A stretch of 64,000 nucleotides of DNA from assembly GCF_009914755.1 (NCBI RefSeq), contig NC_060948.1; one strand, written 5' to 3'. The notes beneath the pieces were generated by a model, which searched no databases, was not told where the DNA came from, and saw only the letters and a list, made by a program, of their open reading frames with translations. The number at the start of each line of letters is the position of its first letter. The first letter of the stretch is position 1. The position numbers and the translations under genes are program-made. This DNA comes from the human T2T-CHM13v2.0 reference genome, Homo sapiens. Positions 1-12,489 of the stretch are shown one piece after another.

Positions 1-289
1 ATCCTCCCACCTTAACCCCCTGAGTGTTTATGCTCATTTTAACACAGCAAATGTAAGTGGATGTTCAGATATACCAGAAAAAAAATGAAATTAAAGGTAC
101 GTACTCTAAAAACCATAAGAATTTTATTTTGATATGCTGAATCAGATCCAGGTGGAATGTTTCAGGAAGTAGAAATAGGACTGTAAACATAAGTAGATAC
201 TAATAAACAATTCATACTGAAACACTTGATAAAGTGTGTTAACCAAAAGCATTTATGAGAATGGAAAGATGAATATGTAATTATACAGA

Positions 290-455
290 CTGCATCTATA
301 ATTATATAATATAATACATAATTATATATATAATTCTCATAATTATATATTATATAATTTTATTATTGGAATTATAATATGATTGTATTTAATCATGTAA
401 TTAATTATATAATTATAATGTTGGAAGCATCTATAATTTTAATATTGGAAGCATC
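290..455. repeat. AT-rich low-complexity (TATAAT-like) tract ending in a short duplication of TTGGAAGCATC
   Basis: Nearly pure A/T 290-420; TTGGAAGCATC at 421-431 and 445-455. Confidence 0.8.
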
Positions 456-859
456 CTTAAGTTTTTTATAATTTGCATAGATTTCTTACAGAATTTAAGT
501 TTCACAACTTTATTAGCAGATTTATTGCCTAAATAAAATGTAAAGTAAGGTTTTTTTAACCCTGGGCAGACGACTAAATACACCCAAAACAAGATAGCTT
601 TATTTTTTTCATGGGGTTGAGTAATAACAAAGATAATGATTGGGCCTTGGTGTTGATTTCTGACACAGTTTGGCAGGCTTGACAGTAGTTTGAGGTGCTT
701 CACATGTGTTAGGCTCTGAAACAGCTAAGGCCTCCCTTCAAGCTTATTCTATTTTCCCATCAGGATTGTTGCATTTCTAAGTTTATAGATAATCTATTGC
801 ATATCTGTAGTGTCCTTGGACTCTGAAAGTGTGAGTCATTTGTTGCTCAAGTCTCTCGG

Positions 860-1670
860 GCTGGTTAATTGCATGTGTCACCTTGACTGGGCCACAGGAT
901 GCCCAAATACGTGATCAAACTTATTAAGTCTGTCTGGGAAGGTGTTTTAGATGTTTTATTTTTAATTCTTGTGGGTACGTAGTAGGCATATGTAACTATG
1001 GGGCATGTAAGATACTTTGGTGCAGTGATGTAGTGCATAATAATCCCATCAAAGAAAATTAGGTATTCATTCTCTCCAGCATTTAACCTCTGGTGGGAGG
1101 GGGTTTTAGGATGAGATTAACATTTACAGTGATGACTAACTAAAGCAGATTTTCTTTGCCAATGTGTGTGGACCTTATCCAATCAGCCAAATGCTTGAGA
1201 AGTACAAAGACTGACCTCCCCCAAGTAACAGAGAATTCTCCTGCCTTTCAGCTTTCAAACTGGGGCATAGACTCTTCCTGGTTCTGCAGCCTCCTGCCAG
1301 CCTTAGGACACGAATTGGGAGATCAATTGGAGTTTCTACAGGTTTTGGACTTGTCAGTCTTTACAGTTACATGAAGCAATTACTTATAATAAGTCTCTTT
1401 CTCTCTCTGTGTGTGTGTGTCTATGTGTGAGTGTGTGTATCTGTATGTGAGTGTGTGTGCATGCACATATTATAGATATCATATATTTATATACTGGAGA
1501 TACCTATACCTATATCTTTATACATGTAGGGACTTATTTTATTGCTCATGCAATTGTAGAGGCTGACTATATACATGCACACACAGAGACACATCTTAAT
1601 ATGTATATCTTTATTTGAGATATATAGATCTCATATCAATTTGTTTATCTGGAGGTCCCAGACTGATATA
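860..1670 (+). mobile_element. MLT2-family ERVL solo LTR, interrupted by an L1MA fragment and containing an internal (TG)/(TA) microsatellite
   Basis: 5' GGTTAATT..ATGTGTCACCTTGACTGGGCCACAGGATGCCCA; GATGAGATTAACATTT; 3' TGTTTATCTGGAG..CCCAGACTGATATA; all typical MLT2 landmarks. Confidence 0.85.
954..1094 (-). mobile_element. L1MA-type 3' end fragment inserted in MLT2
   Basis: T-rich tail then GTGGGTACGTAGTAGGCATATG (antisense L1MA 3'UTR); decayed TSD GGGAAGGTGTTTTAGATG (936-953) / GGGAGGGGGTTTTAGGATG (1095-1113). Confidence 0.75.
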
Positions 1671-2196
1671 GATTTCTTCTCTACTTATGCAGACATTATG
1701 TAAATGGATTTAAGTCTTTTTTAAATACTCTTATGATACAGGTCAGGACTATGCCATCTGATTAGCATAAATTATGATCCCACAACTTGTTTGGAAAAGA
1801 ATGGAAGAATTCAGGCTTTCCACTTACCTAATCAAATGGTAGTCATTTCACTGATTATCTTCTTTTGTACTCATTTACTTCAATTTAATTCAATCATTAT
1901 TAAGCTCCTATCCAACATCCATGGGAAAAGTTATTATTAGACAAGGTTCTTGCACAATTGCATTGAATTGTGCAAAGAAAAATAACTCTTTTGAGGTCTT
2001 GAGGAGAGAGTCTGAACTAAACAAGAGAGATACACAGGGACACAAGGTCAGAGGCACATGGTCTTTTAAGAAACTGTTGAGGACTGAAGTTATATTCTCA
2101 TAATGAGAACAAAGCTAGCCCCTGTGTTAACTTTTTCTTATCCATTTAGAGCTTTGAAATGTGAGACTTGTTAGGCACCAGGAGAGACTTCTAGAT

Positions 2197-2540
2197 CAGG
2201 GGTTGGCAAACTTTTTTACTGCAAAAAGCTCTGTTACCAAATTTTAGGCTTTTCAGGTCTGTCTCTGTCACCAATACTCAGCTGCACCATTTTAGCACAA
2301 AAGTCACAGTGGGTAATCCATACATGATACAAAATGCAGATAGCTGCATGTTAGTAAAACTGTATGTATGAACACTAAAATTTAAATTTCTTATAAACTT
2401 TACATGTCATGAAACATTCTTCTTTTAGTTTTTCTTTTGGAACACTGTTTACAAATGTAAAAATCATTTCTGGCTTGTAGGCTGCATAAAATCAGGCAGC
2501 AAGGAGATCTGGCCCTCGGGATATAGTTTGCCAATCCCTC
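2197..2540. mobile_element. MER58 (hAT-Charlie) non-autonomous DNA transposon, MER58B-sized
   Basis: Terminal inverted repeats CAGGGGTTGGCAAACT ... AGTTTGCCAATCCCT; about 340 bp; TTCTAGAT target flank. Confidence 0.85.
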
Positions 2541-2767
2541 TTCTGTGGTATCAGTTTCATTCACACTTCTTATGTGGTAGTGCGCAGCAAGGAAAGGAAA
2601 GGCACCATTTCCCCTTCAGACTCAATACTATAGAAAGTGCTTGATTAAATTGACATATGTACTAACATCTTATCCACGTTGATGTTTAATTTATTTGGTA
2701 TAACAATAATACAAAGAGAGATAGTTTACAATTATTTTTACCTCTTACATTTAAAAAGTGTATTATT

Positions 2768-3533
2768 TGTCTTTATAGCAGCATGCTTTATAGTCCTTTC
2801 GGTATATACCCAGTAATGGGATGGCTGAGTCAAATGGTATTTCTAATTCTAGATCCCCGAGGAATCACCACACTGACTTCCACAATGGTTGAACTAGTTT
2901 ACAGTCCCACCAACAGTGTAAAAGTGTTCCTATTTCTCCACGTCCTCTCCAGCACCTGTTGTTTCCTGACTTTTTAATGATCGCCATTCTAACTGGTATG
3001 AGATGGTATCTCATTGAGGTTTTGATTTGCATTTCTCTGATGGCCAGTGATGGTGAGCATTTTTTCATGTGTTTTTTGTTATTGCAGCATTATTCACAAT
3101 AGCAAAGACTTGGAACCAACCCAAATGTCAAACAATGATAGACTGGATTAAGAAAATGTGGCACATATACACCATGGAATACTATGCAGCCATAAAAAAT
3201 GATGAGTTCATATCTTTTGTAGGGACATGGATGAAATTGGAAATCATCATTCTCAGTAAACTATCGCAAGAACAAAAAACCAAACACCACATATTCTCAC
3301 TCATAGGTGGGAATTGAACAATGAGAACACATGGACACAGGAAGGGGAACATCACACTCTGGGGACTGTTGTGGGGTGGGGGGAGGGGGGAGGGATAGCA
3401 TTGGGAGATATAACTAAAGCTAGTTGACGAGTTAGTGGGTGCAGCGCACCAGCATGAAACATGTATATATATGTAACTAACCTGCACAATGTGCCCATGT
3501 ACCCTAAAACTTAAAGTATAATAATAATAAATA
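2768..3533 (+). mobile_element. 5'-truncated, 5'-inverted (twin-primed) young L1, L1PA2/L1PA3-like
   Basis: 2768-3078 antisense ORF2 end; 3079-3533 sense ORF2 C-terminus, 3'UTR (GACGAGTTAGTGGGTGCAGCGCACC) and tail; 15-bp TSD AAAAAGTGTATTATT at 2753-2767 and 3534-3548 at a TT/AAAA site. Confidence 0.95.
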
Positions 3534-3656
3534 AAAAAGTGTATTATTGTGTAATTGTACTGCTCTTTGAAAGGCACCAATGAAAACCAATTATTTTATA
3601 TAACACTGCAGTTCTACGCAAATATCAAGTTCAGATGGTGGCCTTGGGATTTATTG

Positions 3657-3927
3657 TTTTTTTTTTTTTTTTTTTTTTTGAGCCAGGGTCTCACTCTATT
3701 GCCCAGGCTGGAGTGCAGTAGTGTGATCATGGCTTACTGTTGCCTCAACCTCCTGGGCTCAGGTGATCTTCCCACCTCAATCTCTCAAGTAGCTGGTAAT
3801 ACAGGTGGCTGCTACCATGCCTATTTTTTTTTTTTCTATTTTTTGTAAAGACGGGGTTTCCCAATGTTTCCTTTGCTGGTCTCCAACTCCTGGGCACAAA
3901 CAATCCACCTTTCCCAGTCTCCCAAAA
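3657..3927 (-). mobile_element. AluJ
   Basis: Poly-T then AGGGTCTCACTCTATTGCCCAGGCTGGAGTGCAGT; J-type CTCCTGGGCTCA. Confidence 0.9.
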
Positions 3928-4709
3928 TATCTATTCACGGGAATCTCAAAAAGTATATTTGAAGCCTCCATAGAAGAGCCTTCAGCTCCTTGGCAGCGCT
4001 AACCTGCAAAATTCCTGGCACAGTTCACTATCAGTTAGGGATTTAAAATTACTTTTCTGAACAATGGCAGTTTCAGTAGGGGAGCTTTTATGCTCTATGC
4101 AAATGGATGGTTTTCTTATAAATGGTTTACTGAGTGGAAGCCAGTCTAGATTGTGTTTATCAGTCTTGTATTCCAAAGAAATGCTCTGGAGGGATTGCCG
4201 CTGTTGTAAGGAAAATGCACACACTGAGCGTTTCATCTAAGAAGTTGCTGAATTAACAAAAATTAAATCAGTTGGAAGATAACCTTTTGCACAAATGAGC
4301 CCCATTGGCAGATGACAGTCATCTATCTGCATGGTGCACTGGCACTTGCAGAAAATTCTGAGAACATGCCTTAGGTCACTGTTTTTTTCATCCTGCATTT
4401 TCCTTATGAAATAGCTCAGCGTGAACGTCTTCAGGTGCTTTGGGCAGATGGTGTTGGAAAATCATTTTTCAAATTGCCTCCTCAAGAAAGTGCACTTGTA
4501 AGAATTGCCTTGCTAAAACCAATCAGCAACCTGTGATGTTTCAGCTGCCTGTAAGAGTCCATTTTTCATCTAAAATGTGACTTATATTGGTTCGTAGGAG
4601 ACAAAAAATGAACATAATGCCAAAGGCTGAAGTTTGAAATTCCTTACTTGGGATGAACTTTTCTAAAGATCAAATTCCATGTTTAGTTTAAAGTCCTAAA
4701 ACTGGTGAG

Positions 4710-5065
4710 TGAATTAGTCTGTTCTCACGCTGCTAATAAAGACATACCAGTTACTGGGTAATTTATAAAGAAAAAGAGGTTTAATGGACTCACAATTCCA
4801 CATGGCTGGGAAGGCCTCACAGTCCTGGCCAAAGGTGAAAGGCACATCTTACATGGCCACAGACAAGAGATAATGGAAGCCAAGGGAAAGGTGTTTCCCC
4901 ATATAAAACCGTCAAATCTCATGAGACTTACTACAGTAAGAACAGTATGGGGAAAACACCACCATGATTCAATTATTTCACACTGGGGCCTCCCACAACA
5001 CGTGGGAATCATGGGAGCTGCAATTCAAGGTGAGATTTGGGTGGAGACACAGTCAAGCCATACCA
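4710..5065 (-). mobile_element. THE1 (THE1C-like) MaLR solo LTR
   Basis: TTAGTCTGTTCTCACGCTGCTAATAAAGACATACC ... GAGATTTGGGTGGAGACACAG; 5-bp TSD GTGAG at 4705-4709 and 5066-5070. Confidence 0.93.
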
Positions 5066-7569
5066 GTGAGTCACTTGGGTTACAACTTAGTGATCATAGA
5101 GGTCCAGTTTTATCACCAAATAATCTGAAGGTATAATTACCTGAAACTGTTAAATAGGTATTTGGTTACTTCACTTAATTTCTGTCTCCTCAACTAGAAA
5201 AACATGAAATAAGGTCTCACACTTTGTCAACTTGGCATATACTAGTAAGTGTTCAATAAACATTGGTTGAAGGAATTTAAAAGTGAATACATATAGCATG
5301 CAAATATTGAATTTTTTTCTTATTTTTGTAAAATATGTGACAAATATACATTTTAAGGATTTAGGTAGAAATTCTTTGAGTTGATATTTTATTTCTAAAG
5401 TGCTACTCATCTGGGTCTAAAAAAGACTATGGTCATTTAAGATATACTAATATTTGGATCTATGAGTCAAATTTATATTTTCTTATTTTATTCAGGGTCT
5501 GTATCCCTGCTAAATGAACTTAAAATTTTAGGGTTCTCTTTTTCACTAATTTGTGAGACCTGAGGTTTATTCTCCACATAAAATGTCGTGTTACTATGCC
5601 ACACAGATATCACATTTTCATCAAGCTAAAGAAGCAATCATCATTATCAAATAAAGCACACTTATGCCAAGACCTTGAGAGGGATATTTAGGAACCTTAA
5701 ATCACTAGTTATTCATAACTTATACATAACATATTTTTAAATGTTTCACATAGACTTTCTAATATGTTGTGTGACACCTGCTTATTATAGAAAAAAATCA
5801 GAAGATCATACAAAGAAGAGAAAATATAAATGTTTCAGTCATCACCCAGGAATGATCTCTGTTCACAATTACTGTTTCCTAGCTTGCAGTGTTATTCTAT
5901 TAATGAGAGAGCACATTATATTCATCTAAATATTCCCTATGTCATTGAATGAAAATCTTGAAAAATTATTATTTTCATGTTATGTAGGTGTTCTGGATGA
6001 CAAAATTAAAACCTCAGAGGACAGAAAAGTATAAAGAAGAAGATAAAAATGTGCTGTCTAATACCATCAAACCCAGATAAGCCCTATTAAGATCTTCATG
6101 TGTTTCACCTTTTTTCAAGTTTATGTATACAGAACAGGGATGATACTACACTTAATATCGAGTGCTTATTTTTCCCCCCATAATATTTTGTTGTAGTATT
6201 TTTCCCATGTTGTTTCTTGTTTCAAAAACCTAACTTTTAATGAGTACATAATATCCCATCATATAGATGTCATATATATGTTAAGCAATGCCAAAGTCAT
6301 TGCCATTTGCATCACTTACGTGGTTGTAAAATTTTGGAGAACAGTGCAGTGGAACGTCTAATATAATTATCCGTAAGTTGTTTTCTGCATTTCCTTTTCT
6401 TTCAGGTAGCTTTCTAGGAGCAGAATTATTAGATCAAAGTATATGGACATTTTTAAAGCACATGAAACTTTGAAGTTTAGTTGCTTTCGAAGTTGCAAAT
6501 TTACTTACACTCTAATCAACAGAGAATTATATAAACCATATCTTCTGTAACTTTTAGAGGGGGCCCTAGTGAAAAAATCTGAAGTATACTAATGGAAACT
6601 TTTGGTAAAATTTGCTCCACAATTTGTGGTAAAAGAATGTACCATAAAAGTCCCGATATCATTTTTTCCCAATTCTAGAAGAAAACGTAGTTTCCTTGTG
6701 TAATCAACTCAATTAACAACAAAGAAGAATATTGTTCAACATTTATGTTTGGAACACCCAAGAGAAAATATTCGGCAAATAACTGCAAATTTAAATGTGA
6801 AACTTGAGAGAGGGTTCAGGGCTAGAACTCAATGCAGAATTTGAGGAGTTTTGTGATTTGTTATATTAAGAGAATGAGAGAGATTTTCCAGGGAGAATGT
6901 GCAGAGAAAAAAAAAAAAAAAAAAAAAAACAGAAGGGAAAAACCACACATAGAATCTTGGTTAAGGGGATAGTTGTACTAGGAATTTAAACATGTCAATA
7001 AATAAATATGTCACAAAAATGTCTCATATTCCTGAAGAGATGGGAATAAAATGAGATAAAAATGAGGCGGGCTTAGAAGGACTAATCTCCGGAATGGTCT
7101 GAGATATTAGAAAGAACAGGTAACCAGGTATTAGTAATAACTAAACCAATGAAAGCAATGTGAATCTTGTAAACTCTATTTTCTGTAATCAAATAATTGT
7201 TGGTTAATATGAGATAACATCTTTAATATCAAGCACAGAGTATTTGTTTATTTTTTCTTGTTTATAACAGCTTTACTGAGATATAACTGATATACCAAAA
7301 TACCTGCACATTTACTGTATACAATTTGATGGGTTTGGACATATGTAAACGCCCATGCTACTATTGCCATATACAATTTCTTTCTGTATTTGAATCTCCA
7401 GCTCTAGACAAAAGTACCTCAAAATAAAATAAATCGTATTTTTAATGAACCAAAACATATTTTAGGGAACCAAGAAGTCTAATACTTCATAACATAATTT
7501 GAAATGTATTTTCATAGTTCATTAAGGTTTCTCTTGAACCAGAGATCAGTTATACCTTGTATTTGATAT

Positions 7570-8030
7570 TTTTTAAAAAATTCCATAATTTATTGGGATA
7601 CAGGTGTTATCTGATTACATGAATAAGTTCTTTAGTGGTGATTTTTGAGATCCGGGTGCACCCATCACCCAAACCCCCATCACCCAAGCACCATACACTG
7701 CACCGTATTTGTTGTCTTTTGTCTCTTGCCCCTCTCTCACTCTTCCCCCCAAAGCCCCAAAGTCCATTTTATCATTCTTATGCCTTTGCATCCTTATATC
7801 TTAGCTCCCACATACCGGGCAGAACACACAATGTTTGGTTTTCCCTTCCTGAGTTAATTCACTTAGAATAGTAGCCTCCAGTCCCGCTCAACTCATTACA
7901 AATGCTGTTAATTCATTCCTTTTTATGGCTGAGTAGTATTCCATCATATATGTGGCACAGTTTTTTTGTCCTCTCATTGATTGATGGGCATTTGAATTGG
8001 TTCCACAGATTTGCAATTGTGAATTGTAAG
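7570..8030 (-). mobile_element. L1PB-type 3' end fragment
   Basis: TTACATGAATAAGTTCTTTAGTGGTGATTT..GGTGCACCCATCACCC; TTTTATGGCTGAGTAGTATTCCAT. Confidence 0.8.
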
Positions 8031-8039
8031 GCACACAAT

Positions 8040-8735
8040 ATTTAATAGATATTTTACAACATTTCTTAAATTTGAAAAATATAAAAATAACTTCATGTTA
8101 TAACTTAAATAATCAAACCAAATATGCATCAGAAATATGGCATTTTAACCTATCAGAATGGCTAAAGTTAAAAGGAAAGAAAATGTCCAAAGTTAGTCAC
8201 AATGGAAGTAATTTTCATGCATAGCTGGTAGGAATGTAAATTACTACAAAAAAATTGTTGGACAGTATTAATTTGAACTGAAAACACATGTACTGTATAA
8301 AACAGAAATTCTACTCCTAGGCATGTAATCACAAGAAATAAGTATGTATTCTCTGCAAAAGACATGAACAACAGTATGTATAGGAACTTTGGCCCCAAAC
8401 TTAAAAGAAGCCAAATGTCGATCATTGAAATAAAGGAGTTGTTCTGTAGTCTTAAAATGGAATATTGTATAATAACAAAAAATGAATGACTCATGGAAGA
8501 TTATGGATGAAAGGCACAGATATAATGTTGAATAAAAGAGGTTAGACATGAAAGAGTACATGTTGTATGATTACATTGGTGTAAATTTTGAGAGCATACA
8601 GCAGGGGTCAAAGCATTGTTTAACTTTCAGAGAACGTTGATTAGAAAGAAAAATAAGAGAGGTTTTGGGTGGTGAAAAAAGTTTTATGTTTTGTTCTTGT
8701 ATTTGGTTACAGGGTTACCTATGTAAAGAAAAAAT
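8040..8735 (+). mobile_element. Old L1M (L1MC/ME) ORF2 end and 3'UTR relic
   Basis: Degenerate ATCAGAATGGCTAAA, GCTGGTAGGAATGTAAAT, TTCTACTCCTAGG motifs. Confidence 0.65.
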
Positions 8736-8740
8736 CTAAA

Positions 8741-9001
<261 letters not shown>

Positions 9002-9010
<9 letters not shown>

Positions 9011-9497
9011 AAAAGAGAAGGAAGGAAGGAAGGAAGGAAGGAAGAAAGGAAGGAAGGAAGGAAAGGAAAAAAGAAAGAGAGAGAAAGAAAGAAGGAAAGA
9101 AAGAAGAAAGAGAAAGAAAGAGAGAGAGAAAGAAAGAAAGAAAGAAAAAAGAAAGAAAGAAAGGAGAGAGGGAGGAAGGGAGGACGGGAGGGAGGGAGCG
9201 AGGGAAGGAAGAAAAGAAAGAGACAAAGAAAGAGAGAAAGAAAGCAAGAAAGAAGACAGGGAAAGAAAGGAAGAGGGAGGGAGGGAGAAGGAGAAAGAAA
9301 AGAAGGAAGGAAGAAAGAAAGAGAGAGAAAGAAAGAAAGGAAGGAAGAAAAGAAAGAAAAAGAAAGAGAGAAAGAAAAGAAAGAAAGAAAAGAAGGAAGG
9401 AAAGAGGAAGGGAAGAAGGGAAGGGAGACAGAGAGGGAGGAAGGGAAGGCAGGCAGGCAGGCAGGAAGGAAGGAAGGAAGGAGAAAAGAAAGAGAAA
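9002..9497 (+). repeat. About 500-bp compound polypurine microsatellite (GGAA/GAAA/GAGG/GGCA)
   Basis: Almost only A and G, a few C, no T. Confidence 0.97.
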
Positions 9498-10532
9498 TCA
9501 AGCTATACTTATGGTTTAATATAAGCTATAAGTAATACGTACTTTACTATAAGTATTTGAGAATTCATTATTTTTAGGTTGAGTATTTTCATACAATTAT
9601 ATATGGACTTGCTTCTCTACAAACTGGAAATCTTGCCCTCACAATTTCACTCATCTCATCTATGAAGGGTTAGAATGAAAGCAAGTAGATTTTTTTAAAG
9701 CTCTGACATATCTCACTGCCCTATTCACTTTGTATTGACAGAAATCAGTCATCATTTCTGTATTATTGAAAGTGGAGCAACATATTTGGTTTCTCAAGCC
9801 TTTATTGTGTTTCCTGAAAGCCAGTTCAAGAGCTTAGCAATAACGCAGTTACTACTCAGTGTTTTTGAGGAGCATCCCAAATTCATTACAACTGGAACAC
9901 TGTGTTCTTCTTTTTATAGGTTTCACCAGTGGAAAGACTGGTATAAGTGTGCCGAATGGGGGGCTGTTAAAGGATTTCCCTAAAGTTTCCTTTTCCCAAT
10001 TCATATACTCCTCGTTGTAATTGATTGACCATTGGACACTAATGTAAATCTAATGGCTGAGTGTTTTGCTAATTGCTAGAACCTTGTTATCTGGAGTTGT
10101 TAATTCACCCTAAGCAAGGACTACCAGCAATTAATTTTTTTCTATTTCTTGACTCCACAGTTGACAATTATCAATCCCTTTTAAAAAACAATTATATATT
10201 TCAGTCTTTTACAAACTGACACAAAACTGAAGTTCCCTTAAATGATTTTAGTGTCAGAAGAAAAGATCCCTTGGTAACCCATCGAAGTTGGATCTACAAT
10301 GCCTAAATTCATTTACATACAAGAGGGGCATTTACTATTTAAGCCAAGAGCATCCTTCGCAAGTAATACATGAATTAAAATATTCCATTCACCAGAACTT
10401 CATTTGATCTGTCCCATCTCCTTGTATGCTTAGTAACTGTCGAGGACAATTCAGGCCTGCCTTGTATCTTATAAATCAGAGCTGACAAGAACAGACGTAG
10501 CGCCCTGACTGCTATAACGCTGATATTCAACT

Positions 10533-10553
10533 TTCAGGACCAGGGACAGCAGA
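10533..10553 (+). promoter_or_regulatory. Candidate REST/NRSF RE1 silencer site in a CpG-retaining unique segment
   Basis: TTCAGGACCAGGGACAGCAGA versus RE1 consensus TTCAGCACCnnGGACAGCGCC; canonical 2-bp spacer; C>G mismatch in left half. Confidence 0.5.
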
Positions 10554-11069
10554 GAGCAGTCCCGGGAATCTTTACACAAGCTCACTTTGTCTTCTGAACA
10601 ACTCTCCGAAACGAAATGCTATCTGCTCACGGTCCAAGCCAATTGAAATATGATAATGTATTTCATGACGAAGGGATACTTTTATATTTTCAATTTCTGA
10701 ATTCACTTATTCCTCCAGTGAAGTGCATCTTTAATAAATGTAACCTCAATAGGGCGGTAGTGGCAAATACTAAATAAGAGGAAACGTGGAGACAAATATT
10801 TACAGTTTGCAAGATTAACACTGAACTATATCTTGGCCAATCAGTTCCTCTACTTGGTTTATGTTAAACCTTCAGTTCATCTCTTGGACCTCCTAAGTAC
10901 TCTATTTGGACATCCTAGTTAATCTGAGCTCTTGACTGTTGGCTTGGTATCCTCACGGCCTTCTTGGATCCTATTGATGATTTAGTTCTTTAAACTTTTT
11001 TAGAACTAAAATCTTCTGCTAGGCTTCTGACACTCTCCAGCTGAATCCTAATAACGAGCTCCATCCATG

Positions 11070-11998
11070 CTTTTTTCTTCTTCTTCTCTTCCTCCTCTTC
11101 TTCTTCTTCTTTTCTTCTTATTCCTCTTCTTCTTCTCCTTCTCCTCCTCCTCCTTCTTCCCTTCTTCTTCTTCTTCTTCTTCATCTTCTTCATCTTCTTC
11201 TCCTCCTCCTCCTTCCTTCTTCTGCTTCTTCTTCTTCTTCTTCTTCTTCTTCTTCTTCTTTTTCTTCTTCTTCTTCTTCTTTTTCTTCTTCTTCTTCTCC
11301 TTCTTCTTCTCCTCCTCCTCTTCCTCCTCCTCCTCCTCCTTCTTCTTCTTCTTCTTCTTCTTCTTCTTTTTTCTTCTCCTTCTTTCCCTTCCTCCTGTTT
11401 GCCTCCTCCTCCTTTCTCCTCCTCCCTCTTTCTTCCTCTTCCTCCTTTCTCCTCCTCCTACTTGTTCTTCTTCTTCCTCTTCTTCCTTGTCATCCTCATC
11501 CTCCTCTTTCTCCTCCTCCTCCTTCTCCTCCTCATCCTCCTTCTTCTTCTCCTCCTCCTCTTTCTTCTTCTCCTTCTTCTTCCTCTTCTTTTCTCCTCCT
11601 TCTCCTTCTTCTTCCTCCTCCTCATCCTCTTCTTTCTCTTCCTCCTCTTTCTTCTCCTCCTTCTCCCCCCTCCTCCCTCTCCCCTCCCCCTCCTCCTCCT
11701 CATTCTTCTTCTTCTAGTTCTTGTTCTTCTTCTTCCTCTTCTTTTCTTCTTCTTCTTCTTCCCCTTGTTCTTCTTCGTCTCCTCATCCTCCTCTTTCTCC
11801 TCCTCCTCCTTTTTCTCCTCCTCCCAGTTCCCCTCCAACTCTTCCTCCTCCTCCTCCCTTGTTGTTGTTGTTGTTGTTGTTATTGTTCTTCTTCTTCCTC
11901 CTCTTCTTCTTCTTCTTCTTCTTCTTCTTCTTCTTCTTCTTCTTCTTCTTTTCCTCCTCCTCCTACTCCTCCTCCTCCTTCTCCTCCTCCTTTCTTCT
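11070..11998 (+). repeat. About 930-bp compound trinucleotide polypyrimidine tract (TTC/TCC/TCA) with a (GTT)n block near 11859-11887
   Basis: Direct reading; pure (TTC)n runs at about 11226-11258 and 11903-11948. Confidence 0.97.
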
Positions 11999-12109
11999 AC
12001 ATAGTGCCAGAGAGCTGGCTTCTATATACTGGTATATAAACATTTGTCCAGACAATTTAGGGAACTACATCCTGAGGAAAAATGTCTTTGGCATTACATA
12101 TATTTTTTA

Positions 12110-12371
12110 TGGGTGCAGTGGTTCACACCTGTAATCTCAGCACTTTGCGAGGCTGAGATAGGAGAATCACTGGAGCTCAGGAGTTTGAGACACCCCTGGG
12201 CAACATAGTAAAAACTTGTCTCTGAAAAAAATAAAAATTAGCCATGAATGGTGACAAGTGTCTTTGTTCCCAGCTACTCAGGACACTGAAGTGGGAGGAT
12301 CACTTGAGCCTGGGTAGTTGAGGGTGCAGTGAGTTACAGAACGAGATTTTGTCTCAAAAGAAAAAAAAAAA
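12110..12371 (+). mobile_element. AluJ with deletion in the right arm
   Basis: CACCTGTAATCTCAGCACTTTG; GGAGGATCACTTGAGCCTGGG; A tail. Confidence 0.88.
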
Positions 12372-12489
12372 TTCCAGTAAGCTTAATATGCAAATTAGTA
12401 CTTTTTGTCATTACTAGAAATATGGTAGCCACATGATGCAAATATTAAACATTAACATTTGTATAACTTATTTTTAAAATGCCTATTTG

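Noticed and set aside
6907-6929. Isolated poly(A) runs here and at about 41434-41452 as processed-pseudogene tails
   Set aside because: No recognisable upstream transcript body or convincing TSD; likely simple A-run expansions
10494-10513. CTCF-like motif GCAGTCAGGGCGCTAC on the minus strand next to the RE1-like site
   Set aside because: Core spacing is one base off the CTCF consensus; too weak to call
10990-12134. Poly-S/F/L/R/E ORFs up to 216 aa
   Set aside because: Trinucleotide repeat artefacts with no gene context
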